Shown here: piece by piece, positions 39,086-48,544 of the stretch | Layout: every line of letters starts with the position of its first letter | How positions within the stretch are numbered: position 1 is the stretch's first letter | NCBI GenBank assembly: GCA_046347985.1 | Contig: JAXMFE010000002.1 | Coordinates: 384,009-448,008 of the forward strand | DNA length: 64,000 nucleotides | From: Burkholderiales bacterium | Lineage (GTDB): Bacteria > Pseudomonadota > Gammaproteobacteria > Burkholderiales > Ga0077523 | Reading direction: 5' to 3' | Made by a program: the position numbers and the translations under genes | The notes under the pieces: generated by a model | What the model saw: only the letters and a program-made list of their open reading frames with translations | Told to the model about the DNA's origin: nothing | The model's database searches: none

Positions 39086-40306
39086 TCACAGCAGCAGCGG
39101 CAGGGGTTCGAACGAGGCGCCCAGCACGCTCGCGGCATTCAATCCGAGCCAGCCCGACAGCAGGGTCGCGTACAGGCGCCGGAAGTCGACCTGCATGGGC
39201 AGGTTGCCGTCGTCCACCCATTGGTCTGGCGTCATGGCCGGCGGATTGCCGACGACGCCGGCGCGCACGCCGCTGCCGATCAGCAGCATGGCCTGCGCGG
39301 CGCCGTGGTCGGTGCCGAGGGACGCATTGGGTTCCACGCGCCGCGCGAACTCGCTCCAGAGCAGGATGACCACGCGATCGGCGAGTCCGTGCAGATCCAG
39401 ATCCGCGACGAACGCGCCGAGCCCGCCATCGAGTTCCGCGAGGGACTCGGCCTGCTGCGGCAGCTGGTTCTCGTGCGTGTCGTAGGAGCCCTGCTCCAGC
39501 GTCGCGATCCGGACGTTGCCGTCCTGTCGCAGCAACTGGGCGACGAACTTCAGGCTGTTGGCGAAATAGGTGTCGGGGTAGGCCGCGCTCGTGGCCAGCG
39601 CGCCGGCCGCCTGCACGGTCGCGTGCGCATTCACCGCGGCGCGGGTGTTGCGCAGGAACGCGTCGTAGAACAGGTTCGTGGTCGTGGCCGGCTGCGAGAG
39701 GATCGCCTTCAGGGCCGCACGCTGACGGTCGTCCCAGGTGTAGAAGTCGAACCAGTCGGCCTGTCCCGGCAGTTGCGGGGCGGTGAATCGGCGGCCGATC
39801 AGGCTGGGCGGCAATCCCGACCCCACCGCGGCGCCCGTGAGCACATCGGGCGACGCCTGCGCACCGGTGATCGCGTCGAGGCTCCGACCGAGCCAGCCGG
39901 TGCTGGCCGAACGTTTCGGATCCGCAGTCCAGTAGATCTCCATCGCCTGGAAATGCGAGTAGTCGAACTCGGGATAGCCGACCCCGTGCACGACGGCGAC
40001 CCGACGTCGGTCCCAGAGCGCCTTCAGCTTGACGAGCGCGGGGTGGAACGCGTTGCGGGCGTCGAGCTTCAACGACTGATCGCGCGCGATCGCCAGCGGG
40101 CCGCGCACCGTGTAGTACGCGGGAGTCGCGTAGGGAATGACGGTGTTGACCGTGTCGTTGCCGCCGCTGAGGTGGATCGTCACGAGCACCGTGCCGGGAC
40201 CGGCGCCCTGCGCGGACCGGAGCACCGACACGCCCGGCAGCGCATGCAGGGCACCGATGCCCGCCGCGCCCTGAAGCCAACGCCGTCTGTTGAAATCGGT
40301 TCCCAT
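39086..40306 (-). CDS. DUF1501 domain protein (sulfatase/phosphatase-like fold) with Tat signal
   Basis: Twin-arginine N-terminus MGTDFNRRRWLQGAAGIGAL. Motifs GGNDTVNTVIP and TDHGAA are typical of DUF1501. Confidence 0.85.
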   Translation of the reverse strand: MGTDFNRRRWLQGAAGIGALHALPGVSVLRSAQGAGPGTVLVTIHLSGGNDTVNTVIPYATPAYYTVRGPLAIARDQSLKLDARNAFHPALVKLKALWDRRRVAVVHGVGYPEFDYSHFQAMEIYWTADPKRSASTGWLGRSLDAITGAQASPDVLTGAAVGSGLPPSLIGRRFTAPQLPGQADWFDFYTWDDRQRAALKAILSQPATTTNLFYDAFLRNTRAAVNAHATVQAAGALATSAAYPDTYFANSLKFVAQLLRQDGNVRIATLEQGSYDTHENQLPQQAESLAELDGGLGAFVADLDLHGLADRVVILLWSEFARRVEPNASLGTDHGAAQAMLLIGSGVRAGVVGNPPAMTPDQWVDDGNLPMQVDFRRLYATLLSGWLGLNAASVLGASFEPLPLLL

Positions 40307-40315
40307 GCCGCGCCC

Positions 40316-41626
40316 TCACATGACCTGGTATTCGGGACTGATCGCCACGAGATAGCCCACGCCGCGTGTGCGCTCCGGGAGATCGATCCGGGGAATCGAC
40401 TGCGGACCGAGCCAGCCGAGGATGGCGCTGCGAGTGTTGGCCGTGAGCGCCGGCACGCCGAGACGCGCCGCGACCGTGGTGACCAGCACGTCGGGGGCGA
40501 CCGGCGCCGTGAGACCGCTGTTGAGGATGCGGATCGCGGCGTCGTCCGCCCAGTCGTACAACAGCCACCAGGCGACCTGCGTCCGCTGCAACAGCATGCT
40601 GGCCCCGGTAAGACGCAATCCGGTGGCGTAACCTGCCGGATTCGGCGGCTCGAACAGGTCCTGTCCCATCTGCGAGGCGCCCCAGCCGACGGCGCGCATG
40701 CGGTCGAGATCGAGCGTGAGCTTCAGCCGCTGCACCAGGCCGAAGACGAAATCGAGACTGTCCTTGAACACGAACCCGCGATTGCGGGGGTCCCAGAAGG
40801 ACGGCAGCGTGAACATCGTGCGCAGGATGGCCTTCACATTGCCGCCGGTCGCATTCCAGGTCTGCACCATGCGGCTCACGTCGATCAGGTTCACGCGCTC
40901 GCTGACGAAGAAGCGATACAGCTTCGAGCAGACGCGGCGCGCCGTCTCGGGGCGCCGGGCAAGGAGCGCCATCACGCCCTCGCCGTCGAAATTGCCGCTC
41001 TGGCCGAGGATCGTCTTCGTGCCGGCGTCGTGGCGGTCCGGATCGAACACCACCTGCTCCTCGGGCCACGTCACGTCCCAGCCGGTGAGGGCGCGCGCGG
41101 CCTCCCGCACGTCGGTCTCGCGATACGGACCGGTGCCGGTCGTGTACAGCTCCATGACCTCGCGGGCGAAGTTCTCGTTCGGATGTTCCTTGTCGCTCCC
41201 GGCGCCGTTGAGGTAGCGAAGCATCGCGCCGTCCTTGTACACGGCCGACAGGAACGCCGCGAAGCTGCCGTTCGCATGCGTCCGCCACGTGGCCATCTGG
41301 GTCCGGAACAGCGCATTCCCGCCCGTGGAGACGGGCGTCGTGAAGTGCCCGTGCCAGAACCACAGCAGCTTCGCCTGCAGCGGGCGGCGCGAGTTGAGGA
41401 TCTGCCACAGCAGCGCGTTCTTCACGCCGTCCCATTCGTCCAGCACGTTGGGAAGGCCGAACGGATTGTCGTTGGTCCAGACCGGATCGACCGTGCGTTC
41501 GTACTCGACGATCGCGTCGATCGCCGCCGTCTGCCCGAGATTGAAGCTCTGGTCCACCGCCTCGAGCGAGCCGCCGTAGCCGGCTCGTCGCAGCAGGTGG
41601 GCCGCATCTTCCCGCGTCCACGCCAT
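40316..41626 (-). CDS. DUF1800 family protein
   Basis: Trimmed to MAWTREDAAHLLRRAGYGG. Motifs WFWHGHF, NENFAREVMELYT and DVREAARALTGW. It lies 9 nt upstream of the DUF1501 gene. Confidence 0.85.
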   Translation of the reverse strand: MAWTREDAAHLLRRAGYGGSLEAVDQSFNLGQTAAIDAIVEYERTVDPVWTNDNPFGLPNVLDEWDGVKNALLWQILNSRRPLQAKLLWFWHGHFTTPVSTGGNALFRTQMATWRTHANGSFAAFLSAVYKDGAMLRYLNGAGSDKEHPNENFAREVMELYTTGTGPYRETDVREAARALTGWDVTWPEEQVVFDPDRHDAGTKTILGQSGNFDGEGVMALLARRPETARRVCSKLYRFFVSERVNLIDVSRMVQTWNATGGNVKAILRTMFTLPSFWDPRNRGFVFKDSLDFVFGLVQRLKLTLDLDRMRAVGWGASQMGQDLFEPPNPAGYATGLRLTGASMLLQRTQVAWWLLYDWADDAAIRILNSGLTAPVAPDVLVTTVAARLGVPALTANTRSAILGWLGPQSIPRIDLPERTRGVGYLVAISPEYQVM

Positions 41627-42086
41627 GCCCGCTCTCCCCTCCGCGCTGGCCTCGGCATCGCAACGTGCGCTGCCGAATCCGCGGCCGCCATCGCAAGAGC
41701 GCGGCCAGCCCGGCCGTGAGCCTTCCAAATCATGGGGTTGATGCCGTCATGCGCGACGCCGGGCAGCGCGTTCGTCTCCGACTGGCGACTTTGCGGCACG
41801 AATCCGGGGGCCGGCGCCGCGCGTCCGATGTAGCGCGGGTTCGACCTCACCCCTTTCAATACCGCGGTGATCCATCGACTCAGAGGGCCGAGGCCCATGT
41901 CCGGCGGTCGCACACCAGCCGTGCGCAGAACGTCGCCGCGTCCCGACAACGCCGCACATGCATGCGCCGGCGAGCGCCCCCGGGGCACCTCGCGCAGACG
42001 CTTCGCTGATGAAGACGGGCGCCGCAGAACGCGTCGCCCGCAATGACTTTCCGGGTCCGCCGTTGCAGCGGACGCTCAGCCCGGGA

Positions 42087-42713
42087 TCAGAACCGGTAGC
42101 CGATTCCGACGCCGATCGCGAGAGGATTCAGCTTCACTTCGCTGACCTTGGTGCCGCCCGCCTTGACGTCCGAGTTGATGTAGATCTTCTTGATGTCGAC
42201 GTTCAGGAACAGGTTGTCCGCGATCTTCACATCCACGCCGATCTGCGCGGCCGGTCCGATGCTGCTCTTGTCCAGATCGAGCGCGCCGACGCCGGGCACG
42301 TTCAGGGACACGGACGAGATGCGCGTGTAGTTGAAGCCCACGCCCACGTAGGGTCGGACCATGCCGTCCGGCAGGAAGTGGTACTGCGCCGTGAGGGTCG
42401 GCGGCAGGTGCTTGAACGTGCCGATCTTCGTCCCGCTGAGCGTCACCTCCTGCTTCTGCGGATACGTGAGGATCAGTTCCGCGGCGATGTTCTTCGTGAA
42501 GAAGTAGGTGATGTCGACTTCCGGAATCGTCTTGTCGTTCACCTCGATGGCGTCGGCAGGTACCGAGAGCGACGGGATCGCCTCGGACGTGTTCGTCATC
42601 TGCAGATTCACGATGCGTGCACGGACGAGCAACGCTCCCTCGTCTGCCCGGACTGCACCCACGGTTCCGGCCATTGCCATTCCCGCCAAAGCCAAACTCA
42701 CTGCGCGTTTCAT
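42087..42713 (-). CDS. ompW: OmpW family outer-membrane protein
   Basis: Signal peptide, PYVGVGFNYT, and the C-terminal beta-signal IGVGIGYRF. AAGGAAG SD. Confidence 0.9.
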   Translation of the reverse strand: MKRAVSLALAGMAMAGTVGAVRADEGALLVRARIVNLQMTNTSEAIPSLSVPADAIEVNDKTIPEVDITYFFTKNIAAELILTYPQKQEVTLSGTKIGTFKHLPPTLTAQYHFLPDGMVRPYVGVGFNYTRISSVSLNVPGVGALDLDKSSIGPAAQIGVDVKIADNLFLNVDIKKIYINSDVKAGGTKVSEVKLNPLAIGVGIGYRF

Positions 42714-42778
42714 GATCGCTTCCTTTCGGGTCGCTGTTGATACCTATGTCATTGTCCGCGACAGGGTCAAATGCGGAT

Positions 42779-42792
42779 TTGACACATATCAA
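42779..42792 (-). promoter_or_regulatory. FNR/CRP-family box upstream of ompW
   Basis: TTGACACATATCAA matches TTGAT-N4-ATCAA at 9 of 10 positions. It is centred about 72 nt upstream of the ompW ATG, in a locally AT-rich stretch. Confidence 0.4.
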
Positions 42793-42954
42793 TGCAGTGC
42801 ACAAATCACGTCTTAGGCAGGCTCTGGCTGACAGGGGCCCGGGTCTGCAGAGGGAGGAAGGGCATCCGATCGGAGGTGACACAGCCCGCCCGACGCGCTG
42901 CAATGGTGCATTGCAGGATCGACCATGACGTGCCCGACGAGACGGCAGGAAGGA

Positions 42955-43296
42955 TCAGGTCGACGCGGAATCGTCCAGGGACGCCTGCAGCGCCCGGATC
43001 TCGCCCACGAGTCCGGCGAATCGAGTCCCGAACGTGGTCAGGTGATACTCCACGCGGGGCGGCACCTCAGGAAACGTGCGTTTCTCCAGCACGCCATAGC
43101 GGACCAGCTTGCGCAGGCGCTCGTTCAGCACCTTTGCCGACAAGCCCGGCACCGTGTGCTCCATAGCGCCCGGACGACGGATGCCGTCGACGACCAGACC
43201 CAGCACGGTCATCGACCACTTGCAGCCGACCACGTCCTCCACCATGCCGGCGACGGAGGGACGTGTCGAACGCGAAATGTTTTCCGGCTTACCCAT
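42955..43296 (-). CDS. HxlR family transcriptional regulator
   Basis: Motifs VGCKWSMTVL..., LSAKVLNERLRKLVRYGVLEKR and PPRVEYHLT. ATG at 43296; the track start at 43302 is a TTG. Confidence 0.85.
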   Translation of the reverse strand: MGKPENISRSTRPSVAGMVEDVVGCKWSMTVLGLVVDGIRRPGAMEHTVPGLSAKVLNERLRKLVRYGVLEKRTFPEVPPRVEYHLTTFGTRFAGLVGEIRALQASLDDSAST

Positions 43297-43433
43297 CCAC
43301 AAGTTGCACCGTCCGGTGCCTACCTCACCGTTTCGTGCCCGCTGTTCCGGCGCCGGTCATCGGCAGACGATGGCACCTCGTCGCGCCGGAAGGAGCCGGC
43401 CGATTTGAGCATGAGCAACCCACGGAGACAACG

Positions 43434-43907
43434 ATGAGACGAGTCATTTTCCTGCTGGCGTCCTGCCTGGTCGCGTCGCACGCACCGGCGGCCGATCCCG
43501 TGCCCTACCCGAACGGCTATCGCCATTGGCATCACGTGAAGACCATGGTGATCCGTCCCGGCCATCCCCTGCACGAGGCCTTCGGCGGCATCCACCACCT
43601 CTACGCAAACGACAAGGCCCGGCAAGGCTACGAACGCGGCCGCTTCCCCGACGGCTCGGTCATCGTGTTCGACCTGCTCGACGCCCGCGATGCCGACGCG
43701 GCCCTGACCGAAGGTCCGCGCAAGGTGCTCGGCGTCATGATGAAGGACGCCAAGCGGTACGCGTCCACCGGCGGCTGGGGGTTCGAAGGCTTCAAGGGCG
43801 ACTCTTCATCCGAGCGCGTCGTCGGGGACAACGCGGCGGGCGCCTGCTTCCAATGCCACACGTCGCGCGCGGACCACGACTTCGTATTCAGTGCGCTGCG
43901 CCGATGA
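43434..43907 (+). CDS. cytochrome P460 family protein (periplasmic c-type haem)
   Basis: Trimmed to MRRVIFLLASCLVASHAPAA (signal peptide, GGAGA SD). It has a C-terminal CFQCH haem motif and P460-like segments (YPNGYRHWHHVKT, GGWGFEGF). Confidence 0.8.
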   Translation: MRRVIFLLASCLVASHAPAADPVPYPNGYRHWHHVKTMVIRPGHPLHEAFGGIHHLYANDKARQGYERGRFPDGSVIVFDLLDARDADAALTEGPRKVLGVMMKDAKRYASTGGWGFEGFKGDSSSERVVGDNAAGACFQCHTSRADHDFVFSALRR

Positions 43908-44120
43908 CGTTTCGTCGCTGAACATGCGCGGAGGGAGGCGGCCAGGGACGCGGGAGACGGCCGCCGACGGCCGCGCCGTTGCGGCTGCATGTGGGGGAGG
44001 GACCGACGGAGAGTTTCACGCACGTTTGAGCTAGGTCATGTCGAGGGCGGCCGCGCGGGCCGTACCATCCCTGCCGTCTGCCGGACCCGGTGGACATCCT
44101 CCACCGCCGCGTTCCATTGC

Positions 44121-45575
44121 ATGAGCCGCTCATCCGTCTACGTCGTCGGCATCGATCAGGGCACCGCCGCCACGCGGGCGACTCAGCTTCACGGCGACGG
44201 CGAGGTCGTCGCACTCTGTTCCCTCGAACATCGTCAGTTCTATCCCCAGGCCGGGTGGGTGGAGCACGATGCCCGCGAACTGCTGTCGTCGGTCGAGCAA
44301 TGTCTCGACTACGCCGTCGGCGCTGCGGCGGTCGGGCTGGATTCGCAAGGCGAGACCGTGGTGGCATGGAACGCGGACACGGGCGAACCCATCTGCCGCG
44401 CAATCGTCTGGCAGGACAACCGGACCCATGCGACGCTCGACAATCTGCGCAACGACGGCGCGGAGATCCTCACGCTCGCGCGCGCCGGACTGCCGCTGGA
44501 CACGTACTTCTCCGCCAGCAAGCTGCGATGGATCCTCGAGCACGTGCCGGAGGCGCGGTCGCTCGCATCGAAACGCAGGCTGCGGCTCGGCACCACCGAC
44601 GCGTTCTTCCTCGATCGCCTGTGCGGCGTCTATGCGACGGATGTCACCGCGGCGTCGCGCACGAGCCTGATGAATCTCGCGACGCGCAACTGGGATCCGG
44701 AACTGTGCCGACTGTTCGGCGTCCCGATCGACCTGCTGCCCCCCATCCGCCCCACGGTCGGGGAGTTCGGCATCCTGAAGCGTCTGAAGATCCCGCTCGT
44801 CGCCAGCGTCAGCGATCAGCAGGCGGCGCTGTTCGGTCATGGCTGCCATGCGCCCGGGCAGGTGAAGATCACCTTCGGCAGCGGGGCGCTCGCGCTGGCC
44901 GTGACAGGCGTGGAACCGAAAGGACGCGGCGGGCGCGGCATGCTGTCGACGGTCGCGTGGCAGATCGGCGACGCACCCACGTACGCGCTCGACGGCGGCG
45001 TCTACAACGCCACCTCGGCCATGCACTGGGTGCGCGGCCTCGGGTTGTACCAGACCGACCGCGAACTGGCCCGCTTCGACGGGCCGTCCGCGCTGGAACG
45101 GGGACTCGTGTTCGTTCCCGCCCTGTCCGGACTCGCCTCCCCGTACTGGGACCACTCCGCCGCCGGCATGTGGCTCGGGATGGGACTGCACACGGAACCG
45201 CGCGACCTCGTGCGCGCGGCGCTGGAGGGCGTGGCGCTTCGAAGTGCCCAGGCGCTCGCCGCGATGTCGACCCACATTCCGCTGTCGACGGCCGTTTCCA
45301 TCGACGGTCCGCTGGCCCGCAGCGAGTACTTCTGCGACTTCCTCGCTCGCGCGCTCGACCGGACCGTCCTCGTGCCTGCGAGCCCCGACCTCACGAGCCT
45401 CGGCTGCGCGCAGCTTGCATACATCGGGGCCGGGCTTGCGCCGATCGATGCGCTGCCCGCGGCCGGTCTGCCGGGCCGATGCGCGTCACCGGTGGCACCG
45501 CTCTCGGCCGACCATCTGGCCCGGTTCGATGACGCCGTCTCCCGCGCGCGGGGATGGCGCTCCGCCTCTCACTGA
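44121..45575 (+). CDS. glpK: glycerol-kinase-like FGGY carbohydrate kinase
   Basis: Trimmed to MSRSSVYVVGIDQGTAATR. Motifs GWVEHDARE, IVWQDNRT, LDTYFSASKLRWILEHV and DQQAALFG. Confidence 0.7.
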   Translation: MSRSSVYVVGIDQGTAATRATQLHGDGEVVALCSLEHRQFYPQAGWVEHDARELLSSVEQCLDYAVGAAAVGLDSQGETVVAWNADTGEPICRAIVWQDNRTHATLDNLRNDGAEILTLARAGLPLDTYFSASKLRWILEHVPEARSLASKRRLRLGTTDAFFLDRLCGVYATDVTAASRTSLMNLATRNWDPELCRLFGVPIDLLPPIRPTVGEFGILKRLKIPLVASVSDQQAALFGHGCHAPGQVKITFGSGALALAVTGVEPKGRGGRGMLSTVAWQIGDAPTYALDGGVYNATSAMHWVRGLGLYQTDRELARFDGPSALERGLVFVPALSGLASPYWDHSAAGMWLGMGLHTEPRDLVRAALEGVALRSAQALAAMSTHIPLSTAVSIDGPLARSEYFCDFLARALDRTVLVPASPDLTSLGCAQLAYIGAGLAPIDALPAAGLPGRCASPVAPLSADHLARFDDAVSRARGWRSASH

Positions 45576-45720
45576 GCCGCGGGCTCGGCGTTGACGGCGG
45601 GCGTTGCGCACGGGTAAAACCCGGAGCGGCGCGAACACGGCGCGCGGCGTACCGGACCGGCCGAACCCACGTCCCGGCGCCTCCATCCATCCACCCGACC
45701 GACCCCGAGGGAGTGACCCC

Positions 45721-46017
45721 ATGGCCTATGCCATCCAGACCGTCGACAAGCCCGGCAGCGCGGAGATTCGCGCGGCCACCCGTCCCGCCCATCTCGACTA
45801 CCTCAAGGCGCATCAGCATCTGCTGCTGGCTGCCGGCGCGCTGATCGACGACGACGGCACCGGGGGCAACGGCGGCATCCTGCTCGTGGACACCGACGAC
45901 CGCGCCGCGGCGGAGCGCTTCATCGCGGAAGATCCGTTCACGAAGGCGGGCCTGTTCCAGACGGTCACCGTGACGCGGTGGCGCAAGGCGTTCTTCGACG
46001 GGAAGTGCCTCGTGTGA
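45721..46017 (+). CDS. YciI family protein
   Basis: 98 aa from the ATG at 45721. Motifs RPAHLDYL and FIAEDPFTKAGLF. Confidence 0.85.
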   Translation: MAYAIQTVDKPGSAEIRAATRPAHLDYLKAHQHLLLAAGALIDDDGTGGNGGILLVDTDDRAAAERFIAEDPFTKAGLFQTVTVTRWRKAFFDGKCLV

Positions 46018-46037
46018 CCGGTCACCCTGCCTCGACG

Positions 46038-46066
46038 AAACCGGCATGCACGCGTGCCGGTTTTTC
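46038..46066 (+). terminator. rho-independent terminator after the YciI-family gene
   Basis: AAACCGGCA-tgcacgcg-TGCCGGTTT followed by TTCTT, 20 nt after the stop. Confidence 0.65.
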
Positions 46067-46222
46067 TTGCCCGGACCTCGCGGGCGTTGTCGCAGCGCAC
46101 ATTGAGACACCCCACCGGGCGTGATACGGTGCCCGGGCGCCGGCATCCCCCGGGGATGGTCCGATCGAGGCCCGAACGGCGACCCGCCATCCGTTGTGCC
46201 ACGTGAGGGAGTGATCCACGCC

Positions 46223-47551
46223 ATGCCGTCGTCGTTCTCGCCGGAACGCCAGAAGCGCATCGTCGCGAAGGTGTCGTGGCGGCTGCTGCCGCTGATCGTC
46301 GCGGCCTATCTCATGGCGTACATCGATCGCACGAACGTCTCGTTCGCGGCGCTGACGATGAACCAGGACCTGGGGCTCACCCCCTACCTGTACGGCTGGG
46401 GCGCCGGCATCTTCTTCATCGGTTATGCGGTGTTCGAGGTGCCGAGCAACATGATCCTGCAGCGCACCAGCGCGCGCCTGTGGATTGCCCGGATCATGAT
46501 CACGTGGGGCATCATCTCGGGGCTGATGGCGACGACCACCGGCCCCACGAGCTTCCTCGTGCTGAGATTCCTCCTCGGCGTCGCCGAGGCGGGGTTCTTC
46601 CCCGGCATCATCTTCTACCTGACGTTCTGGTTTCCCGCGGCCTACCGGGCACGTGCGATCTCCATCCTCTACCTGGCCGTTCCGGTCTCGAACGCCATCG
46701 CATCGATGCTCTCCGGCGTGATCCTCCAGATGGACGGCACCCTCGGGTTGCGGGGCTGGCAGTGGATCTTCATCCTGGAAGCGATCCCGGCCGTGCTGCT
46801 CGCCTTCGCGGTGCTGAAGTACATGACGGACCGTCCCTCGAAGGCGCAGTGGCTCGACCCCGACGAGCGCGACTGGCTCGAGCAGCAACTCGAGGCCGAA
46901 CGGTCGCACGTCGAGCGGCACGGCGCCATGAGCATGCTGCAAGCGCTCGTGGATCCGCGCGTGCTGGCGCTGTCGCTCATCTATCTCACGAGCGTGACGG
47001 CCAGCTACGGCATCGTGTTCTTCATGCCCCAGATCGTGAAGGGGCTCGGCCTGTCCAACCTCGCGACCGGTTTCGTCACGGCCATCCCGTACACCATCGG
47101 CGTGATCGGGCTGATCGCCTGGGGCTGGTCGTCCGACCGTCGCAGCGAACGACGCTGGCACCTGATCGTGTCCACGCTGCTTGCCGCGGCGGGTTTCGTT
47201 GCGACCGGCTGGCTGACCGGCTCGCTCGTCGCGGTCGCGGCGATGTCCGTCGTGACCGTGGGCATCTACGGATCCCGGCCTTCGTTCTGGCCGATGCCGT
47301 CGCTGTTCCTCACGGGCGGGGCCGCCGCGGTGGGCATGGCGCTCATCAATTCCATCGGCAACCTCGGCGGCTATGCCGGCCCGTTCGTCGTGGGCTGGAT
47401 CAAGGACAGCACCAGGAGCTTCGAGATGGCGCTGTACTTCCTGGCGGCCTGCGCGCTGCTGTCGGCGATCATCACGTTCTTCGCCACGCGCGCCACGCGC
47501 CCGCCGCAGGCGGCAGCGCCCGCGGTCGGTTCCACACAAGGCGCCGTGTAG
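46223..47551 (+). CDS. MFS transporter, anion:cation symporter (ACS)-type
   Basis: Trimmed to MPSSFSPERQKRIVAKVSWRLLPL. Motifs YIDRTNVSFA, GIFFIGYAVFEVPSN and ARIMITWG. 12-TM length. Confidence 0.85.
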   Translation: MPSSFSPERQKRIVAKVSWRLLPLIVAAYLMAYIDRTNVSFAALTMNQDLGLTPYLYGWGAGIFFIGYAVFEVPSNMILQRTSARLWIARIMITWGIISGLMATTTGPTSFLVLRFLLGVAEAGFFPGIIFYLTFWFPAAYRARAISILYLAVPVSNAIASMLSGVILQMDGTLGLRGWQWIFILEAIPAVLLAFAVLKYMTDRPSKAQWLDPDERDWLEQQLEAERSHVERHGAMSMLQALVDPRVLALSLIYLTSVTASYGIVFFMPQIVKGLGLSNLATGFVTAIPYTIGVIGLIAWGWSSDRRSERRWHLIVSTLLAAAGFVATGWLTGSLVAVAAMSVVTVGIYGSRPSFWPMPSLFLTGGAAAVGMALINSIGNLGGYAGPFVVGWIKDSTRSFEMALYFLAACALLSAIITFFATRATRPPQAAAPAVGSTQGAV

Positions 47552-47579
47552 TCACCCATGCCCCTTTCGCGACGGGCGG

Positions 47580-48449
47580 TCACGCGCCGATCGGCAGATC
47601 CAGGGTCGTGACGCGCCGCAGTTCGCGGCGGTGCTTCGTGTCCGCGAAAGGACGCGCGCGATGCATCGTCGAGAGGTTGTCCCAGATCACGAGATCGTCC
47701 GGCCGCCACGCATGCCGGTAGAGGAAGCGCGTGCGGGTCGCGTGCTCCGTCAGGTCGTGCAGCAACAGGCGCGCTTCGGGCAGGGGCCAGTCGACGATGC
47801 TGGCCGCGTGCGAAGCCAGGTACAGCGACCGGCGTCCCGTCCTCGGGTTGGTCCGCACGAGCGGATGGACCGCCCCCGTCAGCTTCGCCTGCTCCTCCGG
47901 CGTGAAATCGAATCCGAGCACGTGACGCGAATGCAGGATCGTGTGATGCACGCGCAGCGCCTCGATCGAATCGCGCGTCGCCGGATCCAGTTCGTCGTAG
48001 GCCGCCCGCATGTCCGCGAACTCCGTGTCCGCGGCCACGGGCGGAATGACGCGCGCGGAGAGCATGGAATAGCGGCCGGGCGGATCCTGGAACGATGCGT
48101 CGGTGTGCCAGAGCCGATTGCCCATGGCATACATGCGTCGCCGATCCTGCGATGCGAGGATCTCGCCGCTCTCGTCGACGTTGGAGATGTCCGCGATCGC
48201 CTCAGTGCCGAGGCGGCTCCTGCCCAGTGCCGCGGCCCCGGTCTTGGCATGCAGTTCACCGTCGAACCGCTGGGCGAAGTCCATCTGCTCCGCGTCCGTG
48301 AACGGCTGATCGCGGAACACGAGCACCGCGTAGCGGTCCATGGCGGCGCGGATCTCGTCGAAGGTCGACCGGTCGCGCACCGCATTGAGATCGACCGGGC
48401 TGACCTCGGCAACGAAGGTCGGATGCAGCGGGCTGAAGGTGAGTCCCAT
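47580..48449 (-). CDS. TauD/TfdA family Fe(II)/2-oxoglutarate dioxygenase
   Basis: Trimmed to MGLTFSPLHPTFVAEV. The WHTDASF (HxD) motif and the ...MHRARPF tail are present. Confidence 0.85.
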   Translation of the reverse strand: MGLTFSPLHPTFVAEVSPVDLNAVRDRSTFDEIRAAMDRYAVLVFRDQPFTDAEQMDFAQRFDGELHAKTGAAALGRSRLGTEAIADISNVDESGEILASQDRRRMYAMGNRLWHTDASFQDPPGRYSMLSARVIPPVAADTEFADMRAAYDELDPATRDSIEALRVHHTILHSRHVLGFDFTPEEQAKLTGAVHPLVRTNPRTGRRSLYLASHAASIVDWPLPEARLLLHDLTEHATRTRFLYRHAWRPDDLVIWDNLSTMHRARPFADTKHRRELRRVTTLDLPIGA

Positions 48450-48544
48450 GGGGGTGGACCGGCGCGATTGGCGGAGCCCCGATTCTCTCGCAGGTGGGAC
48501 GTGTCCGGCCAGCGCGATCGTCATCCTGCCGCGAGGATGTCAGT

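Noticed and set aside
39032-41719. 895-aa plus-strand ORF and 873-aa minus-strand ORF spanning the DUF1501/DUF1800 genes
   Set aside because: Their composition is Arg-rich and they match no family, whereas the alternative frame encodes two clean DUF1501 and DUF1800 proteins.
43371-43385. TGGCAC upstream of the cytochrome P460 gene
   Set aside because: The downstream GC is one nucleotide too close (TGGCAC-CTCGT-CGCG, with the GC at positions 13-14 instead of 14-15). That spacing is incompatible with sigma54.
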